Position numbers and translations under genes: made by a program | Assembly: GCA_963977015.1 (NCBI GenBank) | Contig: CAXBMO010000007.1 | Coordinates: 64,001 to 128,000, forward strand | Reading direction: 5' to 3' | Length of the DNA: 64,000 bases | DNA from: an uncultured bacterium | GTDB taxonomy: Bacteria > Verrucomicrobiota > Verrucomicrobiia > Verrucomicrobiales > DEV007 | In this document: one piece after another, positions 35,918 to 46,467 of the stretch | Layout of the letters: each line of letters begins with the position of its first letter | Numbering within the stretch: the first letter of the stretch is position 1 | Notes under the pieces: generated by a model | What the model was told of the DNA's origin: nothing | What the model saw: the letters and a program-made list of their open reading frames with translations, nothing else | Database searches by the model: none

Positions 35918-36503
35918 GGGCCTTCCACTCCCGTTCTGCAAAATTCTGCAGCTTCGGGTAGTATTCCAGAAAATCAGATTGGAAGAGGTCGTAGTTTGCC
36001 TCGAAGTCCTCGGCTGCCCGCTCAATACCCACGAGAGCTTTCGACCGCAGTGACAATCGCCTGAACGCGAGGGCGATTCCGTTTGGATCGAGATACGAAT
36101 TCAGCCAGTCATGCTCCTGCATTCGACGAACGACCCTTCGTGGCTCAACCTCCATGAACTGGGTTCTCGAAAGGAGGCTCGTGTAGCACCGCCCCACAAA
36201 GTCTGGCAGACTGTCTTGGGAGAAGTCGTCCCAATTCCGGCAAAGATAGTGATCGTAAATCACATCAATGATGATTCCGGCAAGTCGGCGGCGTTCCGGT
36301 GCCAATCGCTCCGCACTTCGCTGCCAAATGGAGTGGGAGTCCGTGAATGCATCAACCCGGCGATGGAGGGTGATCCCATTGCGCATTTCGAGCGGCAAAT
36401 CAACGTGGTCACTAACACTGCCCCGGATGAAATCGCCCAGAAAAGCTCCCGCAATCGCGTCCGCACTCGGTGGAGAAACATGGAAGTGGGCTAGAAAATT
36501 CAT
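35889..36503 (-). CDS. acpH: Acyl carrier protein phosphodiesterase (AcpH/DUF479)
   Basis: MNFLAH, GDFIRG, GITLHRRVDAFTD, DVIYDHYL. Confidence 0.9.
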   Translation of the reverse strand: MNFLAHFHVSPPSADAIAGAFLGDFIRGSVSDHVDLPLEMRNGITLHRRVDAFTDSHSIWQRSAERLAPERRRLAGIIIDVIYDHYLCRNWDDFSQDSLPDFVGRCYTSLLSRTQFMEVEPRRVVRRMQEHDWLNSYLDPNGIALAFRRLSLRSKALVGIERAAEDFEANYDLFQSDFLEYYPKLQNFAEREWKALTAPIDADS

Positions 36504-36593
36504 TCTTACATTCGACGTTAAGGACGGGAACCAACTCTGGCTAAAAATTTTGTGGACTTGCTGAAAGCCCTCTCTAAAAAGTGGCTTTCCCAG

Positions 36594-37085
36594 ATGCTGC
36601 GCCGTTTTATAGTTTTTATTTTTCTTCTGCTGATTTGGATTGTGTTGTCGGGAGTAATTGACCCCTTTCACATCATTATGGGTGTGGTTTGCTGTGCCTT
36701 GGTGACAGCAATTTCCGGGGATCTCGTGTTTAAAGACGGGTCAGGGCAGCCCGAGAGGATTGTGATTTTTGGAGTTCGATTGATCGGCTACTTATTCTGG
36801 CTTCTCAAAGAACTGGTCATCTCGAATTTCCACGTTTTCCGTCTCGCGATGAGCCCTGGTGGTATCAAAGATGTTCGACCACGAATCATCAGGTATCAAA
36901 CCAAGTTGGAGTCTCCTTTCGCAAGGTTCATCCTGGCAAATTCCATCACGTTGACACCAGGAACCATCACGTTGGAGTTGACGGAAAGGACGCTCTACAT
37001 TCACGCCATCAGCGATACGACCGCAGAAGGACTCCAAGGACCCATGGAGAAGAAAATTGGAAGAATCTTCGGCCAGAAACTATGA
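36594..37085 (+). CDS. mrpE: Mrp Na+/H+ antiporter subunit E
   Basis: LANSITLTPGT, LYIHA. Confidence 0.93.
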   Translation: MLRRFIVFIFLLLIWIVLSGVIDPFHIIMGVVCCALVTAISGDLVFKDGSGQPERIVIFGVRLIGYLFWLLKELVISNFHVFRLAMSPGGIKDVRPRIIRYQTKLESPFARFILANSITLTPGTITLELTERTLYIHAISDTTAEGLQGPMEKKIGRIFGQKL

Positions 37086-37384
37086 GCGAGGAATTCATGC
37101 GACAATTTTTCACCTGGTCAGGAGCGGCCTTGATGATTTTGATGCTTCTTCCGCTCTATCGCGTCAATGCCGGGCCAACCGCGATCGACCGGATCGTAGC
37201 CATCAACGTGATTGGAACCAAAACCGCCGTCATTCTGGTCACCATTGGAACGATTTTCGACCGGGTCGACATGTTCATCGACTTCGCGCTCGCCTACGCC
37301 TTGCTCAACTTCATCGGATCGATTGTCGCGTCCCGATATTTTACCAGAACCCGGCCACGTGGAGAGGAGCTAAGCCAGCCATGA
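37082..37384 (+). CDS. mrpF: Mrp subunit F
   Basis: GPTAIDRIVA, DFALAYALLNF. Confidence 0.92.
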   Translation: MSEEFMRQFFTWSGAALMILMLLPLYRVNAGPTAIDRIVAINVIGTKTAVILVTIGTIFDRVDMFIDFALAYALLNFIGSIVASRYFTRTRPRGEELSQP

Positions 37385-37752
37385 CAATTGACATCATTGC
37401 GATTGCCCTGGTGGTTTTCGGAACCATTCTGTTTCTCGGAAGTTCGGTAGGACTGATTCGGTTTCCGGACTTTTACACGCGGATGCATGCTGCGGGCAAA
37501 GGAGACACGCTTTCCACCCTGCTCATTGTTGGCGGGCTTGGAGTTTACCATTTGCATGATGTCATCGAGGTGTTTCAACAGCATGGAGAATGGCACAAGC
37601 CACTGTTTGTCATTTTCAAGATGCTCGGGATCTGCCTGTTCATCATGTTTACCAGCCCTACGAGCACCCACGCCCTGATCGAGGCGGGATACTCCGATGG
37701 AATCAAGCCAACCGTTGAGCGAGACGACCTCAAAACTGACCTCGAGAAATGA
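37381..37752 (+). CDS. mrpG: Mrp subunit G
   Basis: GLIRFPDFYTRMHAAGK, PTSTHA. Confidence 0.93.
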   Translation: MTIDIIAIALVVFGTILFLGSSVGLIRFPDFYTRMHAAGKGDTLSTLLIVGGLGVYHLHDVIEVFQQHGEWHKPLFVIFKMLGICLFIMFTSPTSTHALIEAGYSDGIKPTVERDDLKTDLEK

Positions 37753-37994
37753 TTCCGATTCTCAACATCATCATCCTGGTTTTCATGGTCATCACGGCGC
37801 TGATTTCATTGCGCGTACGTGATCTGCTGAGCGCGTCGATGGTATTCGGAATCTACAGCTTTTTGATCTGCCTGTTGTGGGCGCAAATGGGAGCGGTTGA
37901 TGTCGCGTTCACGGAAGCCGCGGTTGGAGCCGGCGTCAGCGCCGTGTTCTTGATCGCCACGGTGTTTAATACAAACCGAAAGTCTTCCGACTAA
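37749..37994 (+). CDS. Mrp subunit B1 / DUF4040 (detached MrpA C-terminal piece)
   Basis: AVDVAFTEAAVGAG. Confidence 0.88.
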   Translation: MIPILNIIILVFMVITALISLRVRDLLSASMVFGIYSFLICLLWAQMGAVDVAFTEAAVGAGVSAVFLIATVFNTNRKSSD

Positions 37995-38740
37995 TGCGAA
38001 CCATTGCCTTCATCGCCGTCACGATTACTGCCATTCTGCTCTTTCGCGGGATGAGTGACCTTCCCGCCTACGGTGATCCCGATGCCCCCGTCAATGCCGG
38101 CCCGCTTCGCACCCACTACGTCAATGAAATTGAAACGGAGACCAATGTCCCGAATTTGGTCACCGCAGTGTTAGCCGACTATCGTGCTTATGACACGATG
38201 TTCGAAACGGTGGTCATCTTCACCGCTGGAATCGCGATCATCGCGATACTGAAAGGATTGACTCCTCTCAATCGCCCCGGACGCCCAAAAAGTGAACCGG
38301 ACGACCTCATTATCCAGACCACGTGTCGCCTGCTGATTCCGGTCATCCAAATTTATGCGCTCTACGTTTTGATTCATGGCCACCATAGCCCGGGTGGAGG
38401 TTTCCAGGGAGGCGTGATCATGGGAGCGAGTTTCATTCTTTACGCCCTTGCTTACAATTTGCCATCGGCCTTGGAGCGCTTTTCTCGAAAGAGCTTCCTC
38501 ATCTGCGCCACCGTCGGTGTCTCTATTTTCGCAGGATTTGGAGTTGTTGCAATGCTTCTCAAAGGCGAATTCCTCGACTACTCAGCCCTTCATCAATTGG
38601 GCCTTGGAAAAACTGAAATCTACGCTCGTTATCACAGTATGCTCGGAGTTGAAGTGGGGGTCTTTATGACCTGCACAGCCATCATGTTTGCAATCTATAG
38701 TTACCTCTCAACCCGCGGCGCCTTGAAGGAAGGCCTCTAA
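37994..38740 (+). CDS. mrpB: Mrp subunit B
   Basis: NLVTAVLADYRAYDT.FE, GHHSPGGGFQGG. Confidence 0.92.
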   Translation: MRTIAFIAVTITAILLFRGMSDLPAYGDPDAPVNAGPLRTHYVNEIETETNVPNLVTAVLADYRAYDTMFETVVIFTAGIAIIAILKGLTPLNRPGRPKSEPDDLIIQTTCRLLIPVIQIYALYVLIHGHHSPGGGFQGGVIMGASFILYALAYNLPSALERFSRKSFLICATVGVSIFAGFGVVAMLLKGEFLDYSALHQLGLGKTEIYARYHSMLGVEVGVFMTCTAIMFAIYSYLSTRGALKEGL

Positions 38741-38743
38741 GAT

Positions 38744-39202
38744 ATGGAGACACTTCTCGAGAGTTTTAACTACTGGGTTTATGTGGTCTTGATGATGATC
38801 GGGCTCTTTGCCATGATCACGAAAAACAACATGGTCAAAAAGTTGATCGGCATGTCGATTTTCCAGACTGCCATTATCTTGTTTTTTGTCTCTCTCAGCG
38901 TTCCCGGGTCAATTGAACAGGGAGTCACAATTCCGATCGTTGACCATTCGACACACCATGATTCCCACTCCGAGACCACGGGAGACCTCCACGCTCACGA
39001 AGAGCCGCCCAAGGACGAGCCCCACAAATCTCCGGAATACATTTATGCCAATCCCCTGCCCCATGTCCTGATGCTCACTGCCATTGTCGTTGGCGTTGCG
39101 ACTCTGGGTGTTGCTCTTGCCATCGCTCAAGTCGTGTTCAAAAACTATGGTTCATTGGAGGAGAACGAGATCCTAAAGCGGATCAGCAAAATCGATGGTT
39201 GA
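38744..39202 (+). CDS. mrpC: Mrp subunit C
   Basis: NPLPHVLMLTAIVVG; His-rich loop. Confidence 0.93.
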   Translation: METLLESFNYWVYVVLMMIGLFAMITKNNMVKKLIGMSIFQTAIILFFVSLSVPGSIEQGVTIPIVDHSTHHDSHSETTGDLHAHEEPPKDEPHKSPEYIYANPLPHVLMLTAIVVGVATLGVALAIAQVVFKNYGSLEENEILKRISKIDG

Positions 39203-40730
39203 GCAACTTCCAGCGATCATCGTCCTCCTGCCGCTGTTCACCGCTATGCTGGTGTTACTCCTCGGCATGTGGCGACATAGTTTTGCCCTCCCCATCACCG
39301 TTATCGGAATTGGGCTGACGCTTTTCGCAACCGTCAAACAATTGATGGAAGTGATCTTGGCCGACGGACATAAGATCACCTACTATCTGGGAGGTTGGGA
39401 TAACCCGATTCCGGTCGGGATTCATCTGGCTGTCGATCCAATCAACGCGATCGTTTTGATTGTGATCGCCTTGGTTGGGTTTATCACGACCGTCTACTCC
39501 TTGGCGCGAGTCCCTGAAGAAACGCCGGGGAAAATCGCTCAATTCTACTGTCTCTTCCTCTTGCTGATTTGCGGGTTGCTCGGCATGACGATTTCCGCTG
39601 ATGCATTCAACGTCTTTGTGCTTCTTGAGGTTTCGTCGCTCACGAGTTACGCCCTGATTGCAATGGGCAATTCCAAGCGCGCCGGAGTGGCGTCGTTCAA
39701 CTACGTTATTATGGGGACGATTGGTGCCTCATTCTACCTGCTGGGAGTGGGGTATCTCTTGGCGAGAACCGGCTCACTCAACATGGCCGATATCCAGAAC
39801 ATTATCAGTTCGCAGGACCTTTATAACTCTCCCGCCATCCATGTGGCATTTATCTTCATCGTCCTCGGCCTGATGATTAAGATGGCCTTCTTTCCCCTCC
39901 ATGGCTGGCTGCCCAATGCCTACAGTTACAGTCCGTCGTCCAGTTCTTGTATCTTGGCGCCTCTGGTCACCAAGGTTTCCATTTATGTCACCATCCGCAT
40001 GATCCTGACGGTGTTTGGCCCCATCTATGTCTTTGAAAATCTGGGTTGGAGTAACATCATGGTTTGGCTGGCGGTTGTTTCGATTGTCGCGGGCTCTATA
40101 CTCGCGCTTTCGCAGACCGAATTAAAACGCATGTTCTGCTATCTCATCGTCGCGGAGGTCGGATATATGGTCGGTGGCATTTGGATCGCCAATCACTGGG
40201 GAATGGTTGGAGCCATTTATCACATCGCGAGTGATGCTCTGATGACCCTCTGCCTGTTTCTGGCGGCCAGTCTGATCTGGCGACAAACCCGAAGCCACAA
40301 GATTTCCAGCCTCAGTGAGTTGACCAAGAAAATGCCGTTCACGATGGCGGGCTTTGTCGTAGCAGCTTTGGCGATGATTGGTGTTCCACCAACATGCGGA
40401 TTCTTTAGCAAGTGGTTTCTAATTCGCGGCGGTATCGAATCTGGTCATTGGGAATATGTCGTAGCACTCCTGTTCTCGAGCCTGGTCAATGCCATTCTCT
40501 TCTTTCGGGTCATTGAAATCTGCTTTTTTGGAAAGAAACCGGCAGAAGGTCATGGCCATCACGAGGCCGATCACAGCAACCAATCAACCTGGAACGAAGC
40601 ACCACCCGCCGCCCTCTTCGCATTGCTGTCCACCGCCTCCCTTCTCATCCTTCTTGGAGTCTTCAACGACCCAATTGTGCAACTGATCAAAAAATCGCTC
40701 ATTGATCTTCCGATCATTGGAATTGGCTAA
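39195..40730 (+). CDS. mrpD: Mrp subunit D (copy 1)
   Basis: DAFNVFVLLEV, KMAFFPLHGWLP, GVPPTCGFFSK. Confidence 0.92.
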   Translation: MVEQLPAIIVLLPLFTAMLVLLLGMWRHSFALPITVIGIGLTLFATVKQLMEVILADGHKITYYLGGWDNPIPVGIHLAVDPINAIVLIVIALVGFITTVYSLARVPEETPGKIAQFYCLFLLLICGLLGMTISADAFNVFVLLEVSSLTSYALIAMGNSKRAGVASFNYVIMGTIGASFYLLGVGYLLARTGSLNMADIQNIISSQDLYNSPAIHVAFIFIVLGLMIKMAFFPLHGWLPNAYSYSPSSSSCILAPLVTKVSIYVTIRMILTVFGPIYVFENLGWSNIMVWLAVVSIVAGSILALSQTELKRMFCYLIVAEVGYMVGGIWIANHWGMVGAIYHIASDALMTLCLFLAASLIWRQTRSHKISSLSELTKKMPFTMAGFVVAALAMIGVPPTCGFFSKWFLIRGGIESGHWEYVVALLFSSLVNAILFFRVIEICFFGKKPAEGHGHHEADHSNQSTWNEAPPAALFALLSTASLLILLGVFNDPIVQLIKKSLIDLPIIGIG

Positions 40731-40731
40731 G

Positions 40732-42222
40732 ATGACTCCTGAAACCGTCAACAGTCTTATTCCGATCCTGGCCTGCGCCGTATCGCTTCTCGCAGTGATT
40801 CCCATCACTTTGGCGGGGAAATCTCCGAATCTCCGCGAAGGTTTCACGTTCGCTGCGGCCATTGCCAAACTGCTGTTGGTCGCATCCATGATCCCCACCA
40901 TTTTGGAGGGAAAAGTCATCGTCGCGACACTGTTCCACATCCTCCCGACCGTGCCTCTGCAGTTCCGGGTGGATGGGATGGGCCTGCTCTTTGCGCTCGT
41001 TGCGTCCTTTCTGTGGATCCCGACGTCACTGTATGGAATTGGCTATATGCGGGGCCTCAAGGAACATTCTCAAACCCGCTTTTTCGCCTTTTTCGCCATT
41101 TCGCTGAGCGCGACGTTGGGAGTCGCCTTCGCCGGGAATCTTCTGACCCTCTACGTGTTTTACGAGATGCTTTCGCTCTCGACCTTTCCCCTGGTCACCC
41201 ATCACCAGGATAAGGAGGCCAGAACCGGCGGACGAACCTACCTGGCCCACCTTCTCACGACGTCCGTTGGGTTTGCCCTTCCCGCGTTAATCTTCTGCTT
41301 CGCAAAATCCGGCGGCGATCTGACGTTTTCGCTGGACGGATTCCTGGCCGGCCACGTCACGGAGAAAGAGTCACTGGTCGTCCTCTTGCTGCTCACCTTC
41401 GGCTTCGCCAAGAACGGATTGATGCCGTTTCACTCCTGGCTGCCGGGCGCCATGGTTGCCCCAACCCCAGTCTCCGCGCTCTTGCACGCTGTTGCGGTGG
41501 TCAAGGTGGGAGTCTTTTGCGTCCTCAGGATTTTCACCGGCGTCTTTGGACTGGAAATGCTCAAGAAGCTGGATATTGCCATCGTCATTTCCTGGATCGC
41601 AGCGTTCACGGTCATTGTGTCGTCGCTAGTCGCTTTAACTCAAGACAACCTGAAGCGACGCCTCGCGTTTTCCACCATCGGCCAACTGGCTTACATCATT
41701 TTGGGAATTTCGCTTCTCAGCCCCGCAGGCACCACGGGAAGCATGCTGCACATTGTCATGCACGCGTTTGGCAAGATTACCTTGTTCTTCTGCGCTGGAG
41801 CCATCTTTGTTGCGACGGGCAAGAAATACATCAGCCAGATGTCTGGCATTGGGCGGCAGATGCCCTTCACGATGGCCGCCTTTTTTATCGGTTCGCTCAG
41901 TGTGACCGGACTGCCTCCAACCGGCGGCTTTCTCAGCAAGTTTTATCTCGTTCTTGGAACCGCTCAAGCAGACCAGATCCCACTCCTGATCGTCTTTTTG
42001 ATCAGCACCATCCTTAACGCTGCCTATTTTCTCCCCATTGCGGTGAAGGCGTTCTTTCCCCCGGATGATCTGCAACCGTTCTCGCGAAAGCAGATCAAGG
42101 AAGCCCCAAAGGCGTGCGTATTGCCGATTCTGCTGACAGCAACCGCCACCTTGTATTTCTTCTTTGATCCTTCGCTGCCATTGGCTCTGATTGAACAATT
42201 TTTCGTCGCGGCAAAGCCATGA
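40732..42222 (+). CDS. Mrp subunit D/A-type antiporter module (copy 2)
   Basis: YVFYEML, PFHSWLP..MVAPTPVSALLHA, HAFGK. Confidence 0.9.
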   Translation: MTPETVNSLIPILACAVSLLAVIPITLAGKSPNLREGFTFAAAIAKLLLVASMIPTILEGKVIVATLFHILPTVPLQFRVDGMGLLFALVASFLWIPTSLYGIGYMRGLKEHSQTRFFAFFAISLSATLGVAFAGNLLTLYVFYEMLSLSTFPLVTHHQDKEARTGGRTYLAHLLTTSVGFALPALIFCFAKSGGDLTFSLDGFLAGHVTEKESLVVLLLLTFGFAKNGLMPFHSWLPGAMVAPTPVSALLHAVAVVKVGVFCVLRIFTGVFGLEMLKKLDIAIVISWIAAFTVIVSSLVALTQDNLKRRLAFSTIGQLAYIILGISLLSPAGTTGSMLHIVMHAFGKITLFFCAGAIFVATGKKYISQMSGIGRQMPFTMAAFFIGSLSVTGLPPTGGFLSKFYLVLGTAQADQIPLLIVFLISTILNAAYFLPIAVKAFFPPDDLQPFSRKQIKEAPKACVLPILLTATATLYFFFDPSLPLALIEQFFVAAKP

Positions 42223-42494
42223 GTAAAAAGCAAAACCAAGTTGGCTGGATAGAACGCCCAAGCGTAAGACGCGGGCTGCTTATTGCACTGTGGCTGATAA
42301 GTGCGGCGACGGTTCTGGCCAAATTCGCCGCCAAGTCCTCTCACCCGCCCAGTGACTCGGAAAAGTCGGCTTATTTCTATGCAATTTTGGGGTTTTCGGC
42401 CTGCGCGTTGATGATCTTTCTTTCCAAAGGCCTTGGGCTTTGGCTCAAGGTAAAACCTGACTATTACGAGCGCGGCTCATCCTCCAATGATTGA
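42219..42494 (+). CDS. Small 2-TM accessory protein in the mrp operon
   Basis: Overlaps both neighbours; FYAILGF, KPDYYE tail. Confidence 0.75.
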   Translation: MSKKQNQVGWIERPSVRRGLLIALWLISAATVLAKFAAKSSHPPSDSEKSAYFYAILGFSACALMIFLSKGLGLWLKVKPDYYERGSSSND

Positions 42495-44256
42495 TCTGCA
42501 CAATATCCCACCTGGGCTCATTTTGATTTTCGGGGCCTTGCTCGTCCCATTCCTTCCGGGAAAACTGAAGAATATCTGTACGATCATTCTCCCGTTGATT
42601 GCGTTCTCCCTCATCGCAAAACTTCCACTCCACGTTCCCACTTGCAGTTGGAACCTCTTCCCTGGATTGCCTGCCGTGGAGTGGCTCCGTGTCGACAAAC
42701 TCAGTAAAGCCTTTGGCTATATTTTCACCATCAACGCAGTCGCCGCGTTCATTTTCGCATTCTATCTTCGGAAATCGACGCAGCATGTTGCTGCTCTTAT
42801 TTATATTGGCGGTGCGCTTGGGACCGTCTTTGCCGGTGACCTGGTTTCTGCCTATGTGAACTGGGAAATCATGGCGATTGCCTCAACGTTCGTGATTCTC
42901 GCGAACCCAACGGCCAAAGCCAAGGGTGCGGCTCTTCGTTATGCCTATCTTCATATCTTTGGCGGACTTCTGTTTCTCGCCGGATTGATTCTTACGATCG
43001 GCTCAACGGGAAGCATCGCGTTTGATGGATTCAAGCCGCAGGAGGCGGACCTGGGGAGCTGGCTGATCCTGGCGGGTTTTCTCGTCAATGCAGCAGCGCC
43101 ACCGCTTCATGCCTGGCTCTCTGATGCCTATCCCGAGGCCAGTATATCCGGAGGCGTAATTCTCAGTGCTTACACCACCAAAACAGCAGTCTACACCCTT
43201 CTCCGCGGATACCCAGGTTGGGAAATCCTCGTTTGGATCGGCTGCATCATGACGGTTTACGGCGTGATTTACGCGCTTCTGGAAAATGATATCCGCCGGG
43301 TCTGGGCTTACTCCATTATCAGCCAGGTTGGTTTCATGGTTTGCGCTGCTGGAATTGGCACTCATGAAGCCATCAGTGGCGCAACGGCCCACGCCTTTTG
43401 CCACATTATTTACAAGTCCCTTCTCTGGATGTCTGCCGGTGCCATCATCTACCGCGTTGGTAAGAGTAAATACACCGAACTTGGCGGCCTCTACAAGAGT
43501 ATGCCCTGGACAGCGACCTGGGCGATTATCGGTGCCCTGGCGATGTCCGCGGTTCCCCTGACCAGTGGTTTTACCAGTAAATCGATTATCATTCACGCAA
43601 CCGAACACGAAGCGCATCTTCTCTGGGCTTGGTATGTTCTCGAAATCGCTTCCGCCGGATCGTTTTTTTACGCAGGCATTCGCTTTCCCTATTACATCAT
43701 CTTCGGCAAAGACGCCGGTCATCGCCCCAAGGAAGCCCCCTTCTCCATGCACCTTGCCATGGGCGTTCTCGCGTTCCTTTGCATCTTTCTGGGTTGCTAC
43801 CCAAAACCTCTTTACGACATCCTCCCGCACTCGATCGGCGAATACTCCGCTTACGGTCACGTTCTTTCTCAATTGCAACTCTTGGCCTTCGCCGCTCTCG
43901 CGTTTTTCGTGTTGAAGCCATTTCTCAAACAAACGGATACCATCTCTCTCGATACGGATTGGTTTTGGAGAAAGGGCGGACGCGGCTTTTATTGGCTGAT
44001 GGACAGGACTCTCAACGGCTTTAACAAGTTTGCTCACATCGCCTTCGTTGGAGTTTTGATTCCGCTCATTGATCGACTCGTAAATCTACTTCCTTCCTCA
44101 CTTGCATCCGGGCTGTTGGGGGCCGTTGTGGATCTCGAGGGGGATCCCAAAACTCGGCGTGCAGCGCTCGAAAAAATGACTCGCAAGGGAGCTCTACCAA
44201 TTGGAGTCACGGCCTGTTTCGGTGTCTTTGCCTTGGCGTTGCTCCTCCTCTTTTAG
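42487..44256 (+). CDS. Mrp subunit D-type antiporter module (copy 3)
   Basis: NWEIMA, PPLHAWL.DAYPEA, YTTKTAVY, HAFCHIIYK, DTDWF. Confidence 0.9.
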   Translation: MIDLHNIPPGLILIFGALLVPFLPGKLKNICTIILPLIAFSLIAKLPLHVPTCSWNLFPGLPAVEWLRVDKLSKAFGYIFTINAVAAFIFAFYLRKSTQHVAALIYIGGALGTVFAGDLVSAYVNWEIMAIASTFVILANPTAKAKGAALRYAYLHIFGGLLFLAGLILTIGSTGSIAFDGFKPQEADLGSWLILAGFLVNAAAPPLHAWLSDAYPEASISGGVILSAYTTKTAVYTLLRGYPGWEILVWIGCIMTVYGVIYALLENDIRRVWAYSIISQVGFMVCAAGIGTHEAISGATAHAFCHIIYKSLLWMSAGAIIYRVGKSKYTELGGLYKSMPWTATWAIIGALAMSAVPLTSGFTSKSIIIHATEHEAHLLWAWYVLEIASAGSFFYAGIRFPYYIIFGKDAGHRPKEAPFSMHLAMGVLAFLCIFLGCYPKPLYDILPHSIGEYSAYGHVLSQLQLLAFAALAFFVLKPFLKQTDTISLDTDWFWRKGGRGFYWLMDRTLNGFNKFAHIAFVGVLIPLIDRLVNLLPSSLASGLLGAVVDLEGDPKTRRAALEKMTRKGALPIGVTACFGVFALALLLLF

Positions 44257-44260
44257 AACC

Positions 44261-44866
44261 ATGTTTACGGGAATCGTCGAACGGACGGCAATTGTCTCCA
44301 AACTGACACCGGTTGAAACGGGGGCGCAGCTCGAACTCGACCTATCAGCGATCTGCCATGAACTGGAACTCGGTGAAAGCATCGCGGTAAATGGCTGCTG
44401 TTTAACAGTCGCCAGCCTCGAAAACAACGGCATCGTGGTTTTCGATCTGCTGGCGGAAACGCTTCGCCTTACAAACTTGGGAAGCCTTAAGGAAGGCGAC
44501 ATCGTCAACATCGAGCGAGCACTTCTCGCCAATGCCAGACTCAGCGGGCACTTTGTCCAAGGCCACGTCGATGCCTGCGCAAAGCTGCTTGAACTCAACC
44601 AAGTCGGTCAAGACCACGAACTGGTCATCGAGCTCCCGGCTTGGTTTTCTCGTTATACGATCTTGAAGGGATCCATCTGTGTGGACGGGATGAGTCTCAC
44701 CATTGCCGAGCTCAACGACTCTCGGTTTAAAATTTGGATCACTCCCCACACCTTTAAGGTCACCAACCTCCAGAATCGAAAGATCGGCGATCTCATCAAT
44801 CTGGAATTCGATGTCCTGGCAAAGTACCTGGAGAAACTGGGATCCACCACTCCTTCCGCCTCATAG
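44261..44866 (+). CDS. ribE: Riboflavin synthase (alpha chain)
   Basis: MFTGIVE N-terminus, SIAVNGCCLTV, GHFVQGHVD, NLEFD. Confidence 0.96.
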   Translation: MFTGIVERTAIVSKLTPVETGAQLELDLSAICHELELGESIAVNGCCLTVASLENNGIVVFDLLAETLRLTNLGSLKEGDIVNIERALLANARLSGHFVQGHVDACAKLLELNQVGQDHELVIELPAWFSRYTILKGSICVDGMSLTIAELNDSRFKIWITPHTFKVTNLQNRKIGDLINLEFDVLAKYLEKLGSTTPSAS

Positions 44867-44875
44867 TCGCCTTTG

Positions 44876-46396
44876 TTAGGCGGCGATCGTTCCAGCATCG
44901 ACATCCAGAGCATCGGCCGCGATCCAACCAGACATCAAGACCATGGGCATTCCCGGCCCGGGATGAGCCGCACCGCCACAGAGATAAAGCCCGTCGAGTT
45001 CATTGCGCCGGTTACCGGGTTTAAAGGCCCCATTGAACGTTCCATGACTGGCGAGACCATAAATGGCGCCTTTCAACACATGGTATCGATCATTGATATC
45101 TTGTGGCGTTAGTGCGGATTCGGTGACGATTCGGTCCTCGATATCTTCCAATCCCGCGCACGTTTTCAGCTTGTCGAGAATGACTTGGCGATACCCCGGA
45201 AGCATTTCGCTCCAGTTCTGGCCGTCTCGCAGATAGGGAGTATGCACCAGGACATAGAGTGCTTCACCGCCCGCGGGAGCAACTCCCGGTTCTGTAACCG
45301 CAGGGGCGCACACATAACACGTCGGGTCGGGTGCGGGAATGCCCTGGTCATAGATTGCGTTAAACTCCTCATGTGGATCGCGGGAGAATACGAAGTTATG
45401 ATGGAGCAGGTTTTCGTAGCGCTCTTTCAAACCCAGGTAAAGAACGACGCCGGAACAGGCCGGCTCGTACCCTCGCTTACTCGCAAAGGAATTTGCAGGA
45501 GCACTTCCAATGAGTTCTTCAAAGGTGCGAACACTGTCGCAATTCGAAACCACCGTATTGAATTCGTGCTTGGTTCCATCCTCAGTCTGCACCCCCAAGA
45601 CCCGGGAGTGGTCATGAATGATGGTCTCCACCTTGGTACTGGTGCGAAACTCGACTCCCAACTCGGTCCCCAGCCTTTCCAAAGCCAACGGAACGGCACG
45701 AGTTCCTCCCTCGGGATACCAAACCCCTTCGCTCGTCTGCATGTGGGCGATGCCGCACAGAATTGCCGGTGACGCATCCGGAGAGCTCCCCACATATTGC
45801 GTGAAGTGGTCGATCATCTGGGCGGCACGCTCATCGCTGATGTAAGAGCGAACTGACGCTGCCACTGAGGTACCCATCTTCATTTTCAAGACATCCCGCA
45901 GCAACTTTCGATCCATCAATCCGGAAGCACTGAAGATATCCTTGATGCCGTCGACCGACTTCCAGAAGAAAAAGTTTTCAGAGATCTGATGAAGATCTTG
46001 GGACCAGTCAATGAACTCACGATATCTTCCCGCTGCCTTGGGGTCTCCCGAAAACGACCCTAGCGTTTTCGCCATCTCCGAAACGTTTTTTTCAAGATCC
46101 AGGATACCGCCATCCTCAAAGAAACATCTCCACTGCGGGTCCAGCTCAATCAGATTCAGGTAATCATCGACCTTTTTGCCGGCCTCGGAAAAGATGCGAT
46201 GAAGGACACTCGGCACAGTCAAGATCGTCGGTCCCATATCAAACCGGTAACCATCCTGCTCCAAGATTGCGGCCTTCCCGCCGACCCATGAATTACGCTC
46301 GAAAAGGGTAACGTTGTGGCCACGAGCAGCCAGAGTACAGGCTGCGGCAAGACCTCCCAGGCCTCCTCCGATGACGACGGTTCTATCAAGATTCAT
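44876..46396 (-). CDS. crtP: CrtI-family flavoprotein, CrtP/CrtNb (diapolycopene oxygenase)-like
   Basis: GGGLGG FAD motif, FDMGPTILT, QYVGSSP, HPGPGMPMVLMSG; clustered with CrtN-like and ALDH genes. Confidence 0.75.
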   Translation of the reverse strand: MNLDRTVVIGGGLGGLAAACTLAARGHNVTLFERNSWVGGKAAILEQDGYRFDMGPTILTVPSVLHRIFSEAGKKVDDYLNLIELDPQWRCFFEDGGILDLEKNVSEMAKTLGSFSGDPKAAGRYREFIDWSQDLHQISENFFFWKSVDGIKDIFSASGLMDRKLLRDVLKMKMGTSVAASVRSYISDERAAQMIDHFTQYVGSSPDASPAILCGIAHMQTSEGVWYPEGGTRAVPLALERLGTELGVEFRTSTKVETIIHDHSRVLGVQTEDGTKHEFNTVVSNCDSVRTFEELIGSAPANSFASKRGYEPACSGVVLYLGLKERYENLLHHNFVFSRDPHEEFNAIYDQGIPAPDPTCYVCAPAVTEPGVAPAGGEALYVLVHTPYLRDGQNWSEMLPGYRQVILDKLKTCAGLEDIEDRIVTESALTPQDINDRYHVLKGAIYGLASHGTFNGAFKPGNRRNELDGLYLCGGAAHPGPGMPMVLMSGWIAADALDVDAGTIAA

Positions 46397-46467
46397 TGGT
46401 ATTGAGAATTAGATACTACAGGTTGTTTTGAGACTCCAGTCAGGGGGGCGACCTCGCCGTTCATCCA

